The notes: generated by a model from the letters alone, not told the origin. 64,000 nucleotides of DNA from Eledone cirrhosa (GCA_964016885.1 OZ024742.1:200012001-200076000), one strand, 5' to 3'. Shown: positions 12,003-25,029, counted from the first letter of the stretch. Program-made: numbers and translations.

Positions 12003-12200
12003 GGTGGTGGATTGACAGTATCAGTAGAGGGTTGGATGCCATGCTTTGCAGCAAAGAGTTACGGCCCTTTACGGTTTGAGTTCAAATCCCGCCGAGGTTA
12101 ACTTTGCCTTTCATCCTTACGGGGTCGATAAAATAAAGTACCAGTAATGTACTGGGTATTTGCTGGCCTTGTGCCAAAAGTAGAAACAATTATTATTATT
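12003..12200 (+). mobile_element. SINE family A
   Basis: A-box-like head, GAGTTCAAATCCC, the same core and an (ATT)n tail. Confidence 0.85.
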
Positions 12201-12569
12201 TTTGAAAGACTTATATTCTCTTTTTTATTTTGGCAGTCATTTTTTTTGTTTTGTCAAAATTTCCATCAAAACCAGATGTAACATTTTGGTGCCATCTAGT
12301 CTGGAATCACTTCATAAACACTTCAAATTCGAAGAGCAAATAAATACCAGCATCTGGGAGGAGCTACTCCCTTTTTTATACATCTCCCTTTACTTTATTT
12401 CTATGTTTATGATGTGTTTTTTCTTTATTTTAATTATCTTACTGGTTTTTTTTTTAAAGTTTCTATGTATTTTTTCTCAAGATCTCCAAGTTACGTCCTA
12501 ACTAAAAACTACTGAACGAAAGACAAAAAAAAAGCAATTCCCAAGTGGTTTTACATATTTTTGACAGTC

Positions 12570-12686
12570 CCCTTCCTCTTCCCCCTCCTCCTCCTCCTAC
12601 TCCTGCTCTTCTTCTTCTTCTTCTTCTTCTTCTTCTTCTTCTTCTTCTTCTTCTTCTTCTTCTTCTTCTTCTTCTTCTTCTTCTTC

Positions 12687-12717
<31 letters not shown>

Positions 12718-12890
12718 CTTCATTATCATCTTCATGATCATCATTTTTGTCATCGTCGTCGTCATTATCAGCATCACTATTGCTATCATCATCATCATTA
12801 TCATCTTCACCACCACCATGACCATGACCATCAGTATCAGCACCAGCACCGCCACCGTCACCATCAGCACCTCCCCACATCACCATCTAT
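12570..12890. repeat. Compound (CCT)/(CTT)/(CAT)/(CAC) trinucleotide tract
   Basis: Seen directly. Confidence 0.95.
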
Positions 12891-12990
12891 GAACCACATC
12901 TTACACTTACATCGCACACCGGGCACGATGACACTAGACCACACCCTAAATATATCCCATTTTCTTCAACAACAAAAAAAAACAACGCCG

Positions 12991-13024
<34 letters not shown>

Positions 13025-13732
13025 CGACAAAAATATTAATAATAATAATAACAACACCGTTGTTCTAAGGTCATCTCCGGTGACGGGAACACTTAGCTTA
13101 GCCGTAGGAACCCAGTTAAACATTCATAGGTGTGAGTTAAACAACAACAAAAACAACAAGGAAAGCCTTGCATGGGTTCAATATTGTTATTCCTTCCCAA
13201 ATAAAAACAGGAAAAAAATATGAAATGAACCGATCGTGTGATCAGACCAAGGAAACTATGTTTCCATCGGATTTTCCAATGCTGATACTATCTGCCGGTC
13301 GCATTTCCATTCAAAAGGAACCGGGATTTGAACACAACACATAGAGCCAAATCAAATATAGTAAACTATCCTCTCTGATTCTTTAAGAAATTCCGCCAAT
13401 TAACGTCCCCCTGAACTGGTAATATGTTTATCATCCCAGTAAGGATGAAAGGTAGAGTTGACCTCGGGGGAATTTGAACTTATAGAGCGAATGCCGAGAC
13501 ATTTTAATCTGAAGCTCTAACGATGCTGCCAATTCGTCACATTATACACGACGACGTAATTGACAGGCAACTCTGGAGGTCTTCAAACTGCAAATTTTTT
13601 GTCTCACGATTTGTCTTTAACACTTTAAACATAGCAGTTTAAGGTTGCATTATATGGTGTTGTGTCAATTCAGTTTGAATATGCTTCTGAACTGCTAAAG
13701 TGGTGGTGGATTTGCTAGGTGGGTGGTAAAAA

Positions 13733-13875
13733 TCAGCTAGACCATTCCCACCAGAGTACTCGATGCTTGGGGTTGTAGAATTGGTAATATGAAAAGATTC
13801 AAGACCCTGACCCGGCCGTTTCGACAGCTAGTTCGAAACAGCCGGAGCTCAGCCGTCGGGGTCCTGAATCTTTTC

Positions 13876-13880
<5 letters not shown>
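13733..13880. mobile_element. 'Family X' half-hammerhead fold-back element (subfamily b)
   Basis: CCAGAGTACTC..GTAATATGAAAAG..GACCC followed by an inverted arm ending in (TA)n. Related copies at 14427 and 17490. Confidence 0.65.
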
Positions 13881-13928
<48 letters not shown>

Positions 13929-13934
13929 ATAACG

Positions 13935-14313
13935 CCTTCATGCCTCCAACGGACCATCTCCTACAGCGAATCATCAACGACAAATGACATCGTGGAGCCA
14001 TAAAACACAGATTCAAAGAGCAACTGAAGTTTTCCCTCCTTCGAGTCGGAATCAGCCCTAACAACTGTGAAACAGAAGCTGCCGACCATCCTGGAGAAGA
14101 GCAATTCATTTGGGCTGTTCCACTTTCGACTGAAGAAGGGCTAAAAAGTAGGCAACGCCAGGCTCGACAACTCCAGCCAAGACACTACTCACCATACCAT
14201 GTGGTCAATGCCCGAGATTGTTTCACTCCCGAATTGGCTTTCTGAGCCAGGCTCAAGCATCATGTAGGTGCCAGATGAACCAAACTCGGACACGAATGGT
14301 GCCGCTGACGACG
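13935..14313 (+). pseudogene. RTE/BovB-like LINE 3' end relic
   Basis: Frameshifted translation HRGAIKHRFKEQLK ... [16 protein letters not shown], which resembles the C-terminal C2H2-like finger of RTE elements. Flanked by TA repeats. Confidence 0.65.
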
Positions 14314-14334
14314 ATATATATGTATATATGTGTT

Positions 14335-14426
<92 letters not shown>

Positions 14427-14431
<5 letters not shown>

Positions 14432-14873
14432 ATATTCAGGACCCCGACGGCTGAGCTTCGGCCGTTTCGACAGCTAGATCTGACAGCTAGATCCGACAGC
14501 TAGTTCGAAACGGCAGGAGCTATGCGCGGGGACAAAGAAATAGTCGGGCTGGACACTCGATCGCGCGGTTAAACCACTGGGAGTGAAGGACCCCTACCCT
14601 TTGTCACGGCATTCTTCTAGGAAAAGGCAACACAGGGAACTGGGATAACTCCGATATAAAACCTGCGGCTGAGTAGTTACCGATGATGTTGATCTTTTCT
14701 TCTTTTCGGGTTATAGCTACTGTCGCTCAGAGCAGAGAATGGGATTGGCTCAGTGCACAGTCTTTCGTCACTTTTAAAAATATCTTCACACACAGTCATT
14801 GCACGATAGAATTAATTAATAATTATTAATCATGGTATATCGTGCAATGGCCATACTCGATAACGAGGGGAAA

Positions 14874-14880
<7 letters not shown>
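14427..14880. mobile_element. Family X fold-back with a stuttered GACAGCTAG x3, joined to an unassigned structured segment
   Basis: Minus strand reads GAAA-CGGC-cgaagctca-GCCG-TC-GGGGTC. There is a terminal hairpin CATTGCACGATA...TATCGTGCAATG at about 14798-14849. Confidence 0.55.
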
Positions 14881-14919
<39 letters not shown>

Positions 14920-14927
<8 letters not shown>

Positions 14928-15685
14928 TGCAGTAAGAAACACAGTAAACCGTGTGTCTAATATTACAAGGGTTGAAAAACCACATTTGTTTGAAATATTT
15001 AACCAAGAAGCAGACAGAATGATAAAATAAAAATATATTATTATACAAACCGCCTCAATAACCATTTTATCTCTCGGACAGATTATCCCTAATCTGTTTC
15101 GCCCTGAGTGTGTTTGCCTAATCCTTAGGCATCATCAGCGAGAGAATCAGATTAAATGCAACAAACACTATGTACCAACGTTCACACAGAAAGATGAAAT
15201 TTATCACCTCGTGCGCCGCTAGTCAAACGTGGTAAGCGTGTATTGAATAGAAACAACAGTCCAACACACACAACTTAATAAGCTCGACTTGTGAGGGAGC
15301 AGAAATATTAATGAAAATTAGAGTTAAAACTCCAATTAAAACCCTGTAACTATTAAGCTCCAAGTATAAAATACTGAGCCGATTAATAATATATATGCAG
15401 TAAGTAACACAGTAAACCGTGTGTCTAATATTACAAGGGTTGAAAAACCACATTTGTTTGAAATATTATTGAGGCGGTTTGTATAATAATATATTTTTAT
15501 TTTATCATTCTGTCTGCTTCTTGGTTAAATATTTCAAACAAATGTGGTTTTTCAACCCTTGTAATATTAGACACACGGTTTACTGTGTTTCTTACCGCAT
15601 ATATATTATTAATCGGCTCAGTATTTTATACTTGGAGCTTAATAGTTACAGGGTTTTAATTGGAGTTTTAACTCTAATTTTCATT
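14920..15685. mobile_element. 468-bp tandem unit with fold-back and decayed hammerhead
   Basis: GCAGTAAG occurs at 14929 and 15397. The inverted arm 15468-15685 spans the unit junction. Both flanks are (TA)n. Confidence 0.8.
15081..15148 (-). ncRNA. Decayed type I hammerhead
   Basis: CTGATGA-tGCCT...AGGGC-GAAA-cagatta. Stems I and III are imperfect. Confidence 0.45.
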
Positions 15686-15697
15686 TATATATATATA

Positions 15698-15775
<78 letters not shown>

Positions 15776-15779
<4 letters not shown>

Positions 15780-17277
15780 AGTTATATATTAATATATATG
15801 ATAAACACAAAACGTGTTTGTATTGTAAGAGACAAAGTTAGCTAGCATGAAATAAACTAATTAAAGTGAATACAATTTGTCTGTCTCGATATAAGTCAAT
15901 AAAGACAAACTTATATTGGCAAAAGCCGTGATTCCTGGACAAATTTAAATTTCAAAATCCAAACCCGCTCCGTAAATGAATTTGAACTTCGAAACCCAAA
16001 TATGTTTCGCAACGATGGTACATGAATTGAAAAATAAAGAGAATCGAAATGGAATTGAAATAAAAAGTGAAATATCCAAATCTTCTGTGCTTATCAACAG
16101 GAATCCAGTAAAATTAGTACATTCCACCTTCAAAAATTTTGCAGGTCTGATTACACGTGGTGTAGCCAGCTATACTAGCCATCCCGTATTCCCGGTGCTA
16201 GAAATAACAGCCGTTTATACGGGATAAAAGATCAGCTCTACAGTTAAGGAGCAATATACTATATTATATTTAGAGATTAAACTCATAGTCGTTTACAATT
16301 AATCAGCTCAAAGAAAGAGGCATTTCTGAGCAGTGAAATACAAGTTATATATTAATATATATGATACACACAAAACGTGTTTGTATTGTAAGAGACAAAG
16401 TTAGCTAGCATGAAATAAACTAATTAAAGTGAATACAATTTGTCTGTCTCGATATAAGTCAATAAAGACAAGCTTATATAGGCAAAAGCCGTGATTCCTG
16501 GACAAATTTAAATTTCAAAATCCAAACCCGCTCCGTAGATGAATTTGAACTTCGAAACCCAAATATGTTTCGCAACGATGGTACATGAATTGAAAAATAA
16601 AGAGAATCGAAATGGAAATTAATATATAACTTGTATTTCACTGCTCAGAAATGCCTCTTTCTTTGAGCTGATTAATTGTAAACGACTATGAGTTTAATCT
16701 CTAAATATAATATAGTATATTGCTCCTCAACTGTAGAGCTGATATGTAATCCCGTATAAACGGCTGTTATTTCTAGCACCGGGAATACGGGATGGCTAGT
16801 ATAGCTGGCTACACCACATGTAATCAGACCTGCAAAATTTTTGAAGGTGGAATGTACTAATTTTACTGGATTCCTGTTGATAAGCACAGAAGATTTGGAT
16901 ATTTCACTTTTTATTTCAATTCCATTTCGATTCTCTTTATTTTTCAATTCATGTACCATCGTTGCGAAACATATTTGAGTTTCGAAGTTCAAATTCGTCT
17001 ACGGAGCGGGTTTGGATTTTGAAATTTAAATTTGTCCAGGAATCACGGCTTTTGCCAATATAAGCTTGTCTTTATTGATTTATATCGAGACAGACAAATT
17101 GTATTCACTTTAATTAGTTTATTTCATGCTAGCTAACTTTTTCTCTTACAATACAAACACGTTTTGTGTTTATCATATATACTAATATATAACTTGTATT
17201 TCACTGCTCAGAAATGCCTCTTTCTTTGAGCTGATTAATTGTAAACGACTATGAGTTTAATCTCTAAATATAATATA

Positions 17278-17280
<3 letters not shown>
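15776..17280. mobile_element. 563-bp tandem unit (about 1.5 copies) plus about 1.2 inverted copies; no hammerhead seen
   Basis: CAAGTTATATATT occurs at 15778 and 16341. The inversion is at about 16619, and the inverted arm repeats at 16621 and 17184. Both flanks are (TA)n. Confidence 0.85.
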
Positions 17281-17361
<81 letters not shown>

Positions 17362-17411
17362 GTGGATATATGCATACATACATGCATACATATACACACA
17401 CACATCACATA

Positions 17412-17480
<69 letters not shown>

Positions 17481-18152
17481 ATGTGTGCAGTAAAAACCTG
17501 TTAGACCATTATTCACCAGAGTACTTGATACTTGGGGTAGTAGAGTAAGTAATATAAAGGATTCGGGACCCTGACGGTTGAGCTCCTGCCGTTTAAACAG
17601 CTATATATATATTATATATTTATATATATATATATGAGCGTGGGTGTGTTGTTGTGCGCGTATGCACACGCAGACGCTTACAACCATATATATATATTTA
17701 TATATATTTATTTACATGCAATTAGAAAAGTAATAAGTGTTTGCAGGTTGTGAGGTAGTGTATTTAAGTATGTTATCACTAAAACCATTAAAAACATATT
17801 GTCTTGCTTGTTGGTGATAAACAATACATTATATCACACACACATGTGCAATAACATCTTATGTTTAAGAGGAACATATCTTAAGTATATGTGTTACATT
17901 ATTATCAGTTTTGAAGGAGCAACAATACGTACATACAAGCATACATACATGCATTCTTGCATACATGCTTGCATGCATATATACATACATAATACACACA
18001 CATATATAATTTGCAAATATATGTAAATATATATATATGTATATATATATATGTAAATATATGCAAATATATGTAAATATATATATATGTATATATGTAT
18101 GCATGTATATATGTATTATGTATACATGTATGTATGCATATATATGTATATG

Positions 18153-18227
<75 letters not shown>

Positions 18228-18310
18228 TTATATATACATACATACACACACACACACATATATATGGATATATGTATATATATATATATAAATTATATAT
18301 ATATATATTA

Positions 18311-18391
<81 letters not shown>

Positions 18392-18458
18392 CATATTCAT
18401 ATATATATATAATTTATATATATAAATGAAAGGTATAGAAAATATTGTAGCAAAAAGC

Positions 18459-18498
<40 letters not shown>

Positions 18499-18507
18499 CA
18501 TATATCC

Positions 18508-18555
<48 letters not shown>

Positions 18556-18570
18556 ATGTATATCTATATC

Positions 18571-18649
18571 TACAAGGAGTCTCAAAAAATGTGTACACAT
18601 GTTTTTAGAGTACTGTTGAAGTGTGTATACATTTTTGGGACATCCTATA
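18571..18649. mobile_element. About 79-bp Tc1/mariner-type MITE
   Basis: Imperfect ~28-bp TIRs: TACAAGGAGTCTCAAAAAATGTGTACAC and TGTGTATACATTTTTGGGACATCCTATA, with TA at both ends. Confidence 0.6.
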
Positions 18650-18651
18650 TA

Positions 18652-18682
<31 letters not shown>

Positions 18683-18892
18683 TCATATACATATATATAT
18701 CACAAGGGCAAATACTCAGGTAAATAAAGTGCTCTACCAAGTAAGTTTCAAGCTTAATGTAATGCCACACTGAGCAGGATGTGAGGAATCTTCTCATCAC
18801 GTGTATAATCAGATCTGTAAAAGTATTTAATAAACTCGTCTTAGTAAATCCAACGGGTCGTATGAATGTAGTGGCACACACAATATAAATAA

Positions 18893-19072
18893 CTGTTTCT
18901 ACTTTAGGCACGAGGCCAGCAATTACCAAGTGCATTACTGGTACTTTATTTTATCGACCCCGTAAGGAAGAAAGGCAAAGTCAACCTCGGCGGGATTTGA
19001 ACTCAGATCGTAAAGGGACGTAACTATGCTGGAAAGCATGGCGTCCGACCCTCTACCGATACTGCCAATCCA
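18893..19072 (-). mobile_element. SINE family A
   Basis: Nearly identical to 53827-54010. Confidence 0.85.
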
Positions 19073-19133
19073 CAACAATGTAGAAAAAGCAAAGATGAAA
19101 TATTGAAGCATTTTATATCTCTGACACGTTACT

Positions 19134-19164
<31 letters not shown>

Positions 19165-19271
19165 ACAAGAACAACAATAAACCACATACACCCATAAACG
19201 CGCGCACACACAAATAAAGGAAAAGACCTAAATAGTTAAAATCTTGCTGCAGTTGCATTATATATATGTAT

Positions 19272-19318
<47 letters not shown>

Positions 19319-19877
19319 GGAAAAGATGAAACGAAATTTAATTTCCCACTCTTAGTACGGGTGTTACTTAAATATAAGTATGTATACGTACATACATATA
19401 TGTATAGGGGTAACTCCACAAGTTTGTAAGAATTCCGTTCAATCTTGGAGTATAAAGTATAAAAGAGAAAACACAGGTATTCTCTTTAACTCACTACATT
19501 CCACGACATGAAGTCTGCTATCAAAACTGACCAAGGAATCCTTCCACGTCTACCCCTCTTTCCATCTCAGTTTGTCACTACTTCCTAACTCTTCCCCTTC
19601 CTCTCTCGCTATACTATTCCGTTTGTCCCCTCACCTTCTGATTCCTCTCTCTCTATACTAGTAAATACAATTCCAAATAAATGTTTTTCTCTATATATTA
19701 AGAATTATTTCAAGAGTAACTTACTCACTATTTTGAAAATTTGGACTGTGAACAACAATTATAATTGAGCGGCTGCTATTTGCAGTATAGCAATATAAGG
19801 TTGCACTTACCAATGAAACGGTCGTAAATACCTGGATAAAATCCTTCACTTAATGCTTACCTGTGTTTTCTCTGTTA

Positions 19878-19927
<50 letters not shown>

Positions 19928-19928
<1 letters not shown>

Positions 19929-20305
19929 TAAATGGAAAAGAATGAAACGAAATTTCATTTCTCACTCTTAGTACGGCTGATACTTAAATGTAAGTATGTA
20001 CGTATACGTGCATATATATATATATATATAATATATATATATATATATACAGACGTACAGTAGTATGTATATATATACATACATGCACACATATATATAT
20101 ATGTACGTATGGGTTTACCGAACATTTATTATAATGTTCGGTTTGTTTGTAAACAAACAAAGATCCCGGATTACGCCGTACAGTGTTCAGGCAACCATCG
20201 TCGCCCTCTTGTTCAACACTGACACAGGAACGATGTACTAGTTTCAAGCTTATTAGCTATCGTCAGCATCGTATACCTTCCTGCCAGATGGTTGAACGTC
20301 TGAAT
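19928..20305 (-). mobile_element. Hammerhead unit family Y (also at 19315-19405, 23025-23736, 63270-64000)
   Basis: Shared ATGAAACGAAATTTCATTTC.CACTCTTAGTA.GGC block and a shared HHR. Confidence 0.8.
20231..20271 (-). ncRNA. Minimal type I hammerhead
   Basis: cgatg-CTGACGA-t-AGCT-aata-AGCT-t-GAAA-CTAG-TA^catcg. Confidence 0.88.
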
Positions 20306-20327
20306 ATATATATATATATATATGTAT

Positions 20328-20395
<68 letters not shown>

Positions 20396-20548
20396 AGACT
20401 ATATATATATACACATCTATCTATCTATCTCTCCCGCTCTGCCTCTCTCCTTCTCTCTCTCTTTCTTTCTTTATATATATATATATATAAATATATATAT
20501 ATTTACACACACACACACGCATATAAATATATATATATATATATATAT

Positions 20549-20733
20549 AGGAAAATGTTTGACCCCGACGGCAGAGCTCAAGCCGTTTCGACGGCTATTT
20601 CTGGAGTCCAGAAACGGCTTGAGCTCTGCCGTCGAGGTCAAACATTTTCTTATTACCCACTCTACTACCCTAAGTATTGAGTACTCTGGTTCGTTATGAT
20701 CCATCTGATTCCTTACCACACATCCTTCGTTAT
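20549..20733 (+). mobile_element. Family X fold-back element
   Basis: Inverted arm, then GAAACGGCTTGAGCTCTGCCGTC..TTACCCACTCTACTACCCTAAG..CCTTCGTTA. Confidence 0.8.
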
Positions 20734-20736
20734 ATT

Positions 20737-21291
20737 GTACTGCCTCTCTGTTTTGTCCCTGTTTAAATTTTTCCATTATATATAATACACGCTCACACGG
20801 CTTCCATTCCTTGGAACATAACTTAACTACCGGCTCAACCCCAATCTAATCCGCCGTGACCTTTCTCCGAACTTTACACACCTTCCCACACTTGGTCTTT
20901 CCTTCCACGCATTACCTCTGTTTGATTTTGTTACTGTACTTTTTTTTCCGTATAAGATTCTTTGCCTGTGTTCTTACAATTGTATTTCTATGATTTTTTG
21001 TTCACGGTTGCCTGTGTTTTTACCTTTATGATTTTTTGTTCATTTTGATCATGCTTTATTTTTATTTTTATCTTTATTTTTTTATTTTTTCATTCGCACC
21101 GTTTCCTTTCGCTATATGTCTCTCCACCACTCCCCTACACACCCTTTGAACTCTGTTCCCACACACTTCCCACCTGAGGAAGGGCTTATGCCCGAAACGT
21201 CGTCCCCCACCAACACCCCACTCTCCAGAGCGTGAAATTAATAAACATTCGTTGTACTGCCTCTCTGTTTTGTCCCTGTTCAAATTTTTCC

Positions 21292-21298
<7 letters not shown>
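20737..21298 (+). mobile_element. 517-bp unit with ~45-bp terminal direct repeat and a Penelope-type HHR motif
   Basis: GTACTGCCTCTCTGTTTTGTCCCTGTT occurs at 20737 and 21254. CTGAGGA-a-GGGC-ttat-GCCC-GAAACGTC is at 21174-21201, with stem I mostly lost. Confidence 0.65.
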
Positions 21299-21334
<36 letters not shown>

Positions 21335-22723
21335 ATAGGAATCCTAGAAAATCTCTACAAAATACTGAAGTCTGATTGCAAGCTCATGTTCCTGTTAACC
21401 ATTTATATAAACTTTTCTATATTGAAAGAAATACGTGTGCATCGGACTACCGTCGGTTTTGACGACGATTGTTCCGGGTTTTCGAAGAACAGAATAGCCT
21501 ACTTGTGATATAATTTATTAAGTTTTCATAATTAATAATTTAAATAATGAAATAAAAAGGATAAGGGGTAAAGAAGGGCAGATCTGGCTGTATAGGAAAA
21601 TAAAGGAAATGACTATAAATGCCATAAATGAGAAGAAAAAGACTATTAGGCCACGGAAGAGAGAGGGGGGAAGTGTATAGGATGACAGGTTATATGTCGT
21701 AGCAGTGTTTAACGTGCAGGTGGCTGAGACTTTCACAGACACGTGGGCTCTTAACGTAGTTCCTAAGGAGATCCAGTGTGCGACGGTTTGTCATGTGACA
21801 AGACTGGTCCTTTTAATTAATTATAACTCATTTTTACTGACATTTTTAATGTCAGGTCACTCTTGAGTGTTACTGGTAGTATGTAACCCAGTACAATCTG
21901 TCGCATGGTCGGGTCGTCGGCGATTAAACCGGCAACCCCACCAAGTTTACTTGGTGAGGAGGGTGATTTTGTACACCTTGCAGGACAAAAAAAACAAAAT
22001 CTGACAAAGGGCGGAAGAACTCACAAGAGTCAACGGCCATCTAAGAAGAAAAAAAAAATCCTGCCAAATCAATGGGTGACAGTAGTTCTAGCTGCACGCA
22101 TCGAAAGACTGTTGTAGTGGTTCTGAGAACAATGCGGCTTTGCAGATGATCAATGCAAATTGACAATGAAAAGGCGCTCCCACTCGTGTTAGAAGAAAAC
22201 TATTGACCTTCAGCAGAAGCAGCGACCCCTGATTGTATTCAGTAACCGAAACAAATATGAAGTACACCAAATCCAATGCTCCTGGTTCTTCTTATTTGCG
22301 AGTGTAAACTCGGCCAGATTATATTAGATTAGATTTGCTGGCGTTGAGTAAACTGGAGCAACGTATATTAAAGTTTATTACTCCATGATATGGAGTTTAT
22401 CGTCACTGACAATAAAACACATGACCTTACGATCAAGAGCATATCACACAAATCACACAAATCACTCTCACAGAATTCTTATATATTTCAAACTACGCCA
22501 CATTGGCAGATAAAAACGGAATTTTCCCATTTAATATAGCTGACAGTTATAAGCACTAAAATAACCCCCATCCAAGCCATCAACAAATTCCCATTTGTCA
22601 AATTTCTTATCTGTAAGGAATAAAAAAGAAATTCTCTAAAAGAAAAAAAGAAAACAATTCAGCGATGAAAATAATTCCATAATTATGAGAATATCTATAT
22701 CTATCAGTATTTACTTAGTTACT

Positions 22724-22824
<101 letters not shown>

Positions 22825-22828
22825 GTAA

Positions 22829-22886
<58 letters not shown>

Positions 22887-22956
22887 ATAATCAGAATTTT
22901 GAAGACTAAATCCAAAGAGGGCTTGATAAGGATAAATATATATCTATATATCTATA

Positions 22957-23024
<68 letters not shown>

Positions 23025-23033
<9 letters not shown>

Positions 23034-23736
23034 GTACATACATATATGTATACAGACGTACAGTAGTATGTATATATATATATATATACATGCACACATA
23101 TATATATGTACGTATGGATTCACCGAACATTTATTATAATGCTCGCTGTGTTTGTAAACAAACATCCCGTATTAAGCCGTAGTGTCTAGCAACCATCGTT
23201 GCTCGTTTGTTCAACACTGACAAAGGAACGCTGTACTAGTTTCAAGCTTATTAGCTATCGTCAGCAACGTATACCTTCCTGCCAGATTGTTGAACGTATA
23301 TACTTACCTTATGCATATTAACGGCTGAGTAGCCCAATTTACATATCGAATGGGTTAATCGGCCGGGTGCACCGAAAACGATAAACGGAAAAAATGAAAC
23401 GAAATTTCATTTCCCACTCTTAGTACGGCTGTTACTTAAATATAAGTATGTACACGTACATACATATATGTATACAGACGTACAGTAGTATGTATATATA
23501 TATACGTACATGCACACATATATATATGTACGTATGGATTCACCGAACATTTATTATAATGCTCGGTGTGTTTGTAAACAAACATCCCGTATTAAGCCGT
23601 AGTGTCTAGCAACCATCGCTGCTCGTTTGTTCAACGGAACGCTGTACTAGTTTCTTGTACATACTTATATTTAAGTAACAGCCGTACTAAGAGTGGGAAA
23701 TGAAATTTCGTTTCTTTTTTTCCGTTTATCGTTTTC
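23025..23736. mobile_element. Family Y: about 422-bp tandem unit with fold-back
   Basis: CACGTACATAC occurs at 23031 and 23453. The second copy stops at the HHR GAAA (about 23654) and is followed by an inverted arm. Confidence 0.85.
23229..23269 (-). ncRNA. Minimal type I hammerhead
   Basis: cgttg-CTGACGA-tAGCTaataAGCTt-GAAA-CTAG-TA^cagcg. Confidence 0.88.
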
Positions 23737-24756
23737 TGATAAAGAACTTTAACATCTAATCTACTTTGTATTTCCTTATTCTAAAAATGCTCCGTCATTC
23801 CTACTTGGAAAAATATACGTTAAATTCTCGAATTGAATTACATCAATATTTCCCGTATGAATTTGCTGCTAAAAGTTGAGCTGTTAATGGTGTAACCAAT
23901 ATATACGAAGAAATGGAGGTACTAGCTATCAGATACAACTGGAAATTCCCTGCTGTGGAACTAATTGAACCCCTACCACTGTACGAATTTAAAATTTTGA
24001 ACAAACTTCCGACTGGATAAATAAACGGACATAAAAGCAACAAAAAAAAACCACTTTGTGTTTCCTGCATTCGCATTGAGGGCTTGAAACTCCCCCCTCT
24101 CTCACTTAATCCGATAACGATCGGACAATGGATTTTATATGCACACTACAGAGACTAAGTTAACTGATTTTTCCCAATAGATTGTGTATGTGATAGAATT
24201 CACTGTATAACCTTTTCTAACTCAATATGCATGTATACGTGTAATAACCTTGATTCTTACATATCTTTTCTTTTCATCTCTCAATACGTATATTTAATCT
24301 CTCATTATATATTTTTTTATATATTTATTCCTCTATCAATATGTTATTTTCATTGTTTTTATTTGTTTTTCGCTGTTTTTTCTTCGTTGTTTTTTTTCAT
24401 TGTTTTTCATTGTTAATTTCATGTGATAGAGGATGATATTAACTAATTGTTTGTTTAAATTTTCACGTTCCACACTTTTGGCTATATTCTTTATTTACTT
24501 AAAACAAGATTTTAACTTTTATTTTCTATTTTAATTTCTATTTTTTATTAGTATTGCTAATTTTAATTTCCATGACGAAAACATAGTATCTAGACCATGG
24601 AATAATTCTATTTGCGGGGGATGGTCAATTCTATTGTCTAAGCATAATTTTAAGCGTAATATTAAACCTATTAAATATCACTAATTCGGGAATGTAGTAA
24701 AAATCACTATAATATTTACCACTTCTACCCTATTTCTATCTTGATATGCACGAGTA

Positions 24757-24834
<78 letters not shown>

Positions 24835-25029
24835 CATATATATATATACATATATATATACAAATTTTAGTACAGCATTAACGAAGCTTTAGGTTGCGGC
24901 CAAGCTAACGAATGCAAATTCGGTATGTAGCTTTAGCACTCGATAGGGAATAGTACTCCAGAGTAATAACAATACGTTTAGACAGCTTTGCAAATCAAAT
25001 ATAGCGATCGATATATATATATATATTGC

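Noticed and set aside
15976-16227. 83/106-aa ORF repeated in the 563-bp unit
   Set aside because: Its recurrence is due to the DNA duplication. Stops differ between copies and there is no recognisable domain.
21870-22060. GC-rich structured segment (CACCAAG-ttta-CTTGGTG, GAGGAGGGT) as a twister or HDV ribozyme
   Set aside because: It lacks the twister GUNNNAAGC loop and I could not build the HDV double pseudoknot. It is probably a retroelement leader relic.
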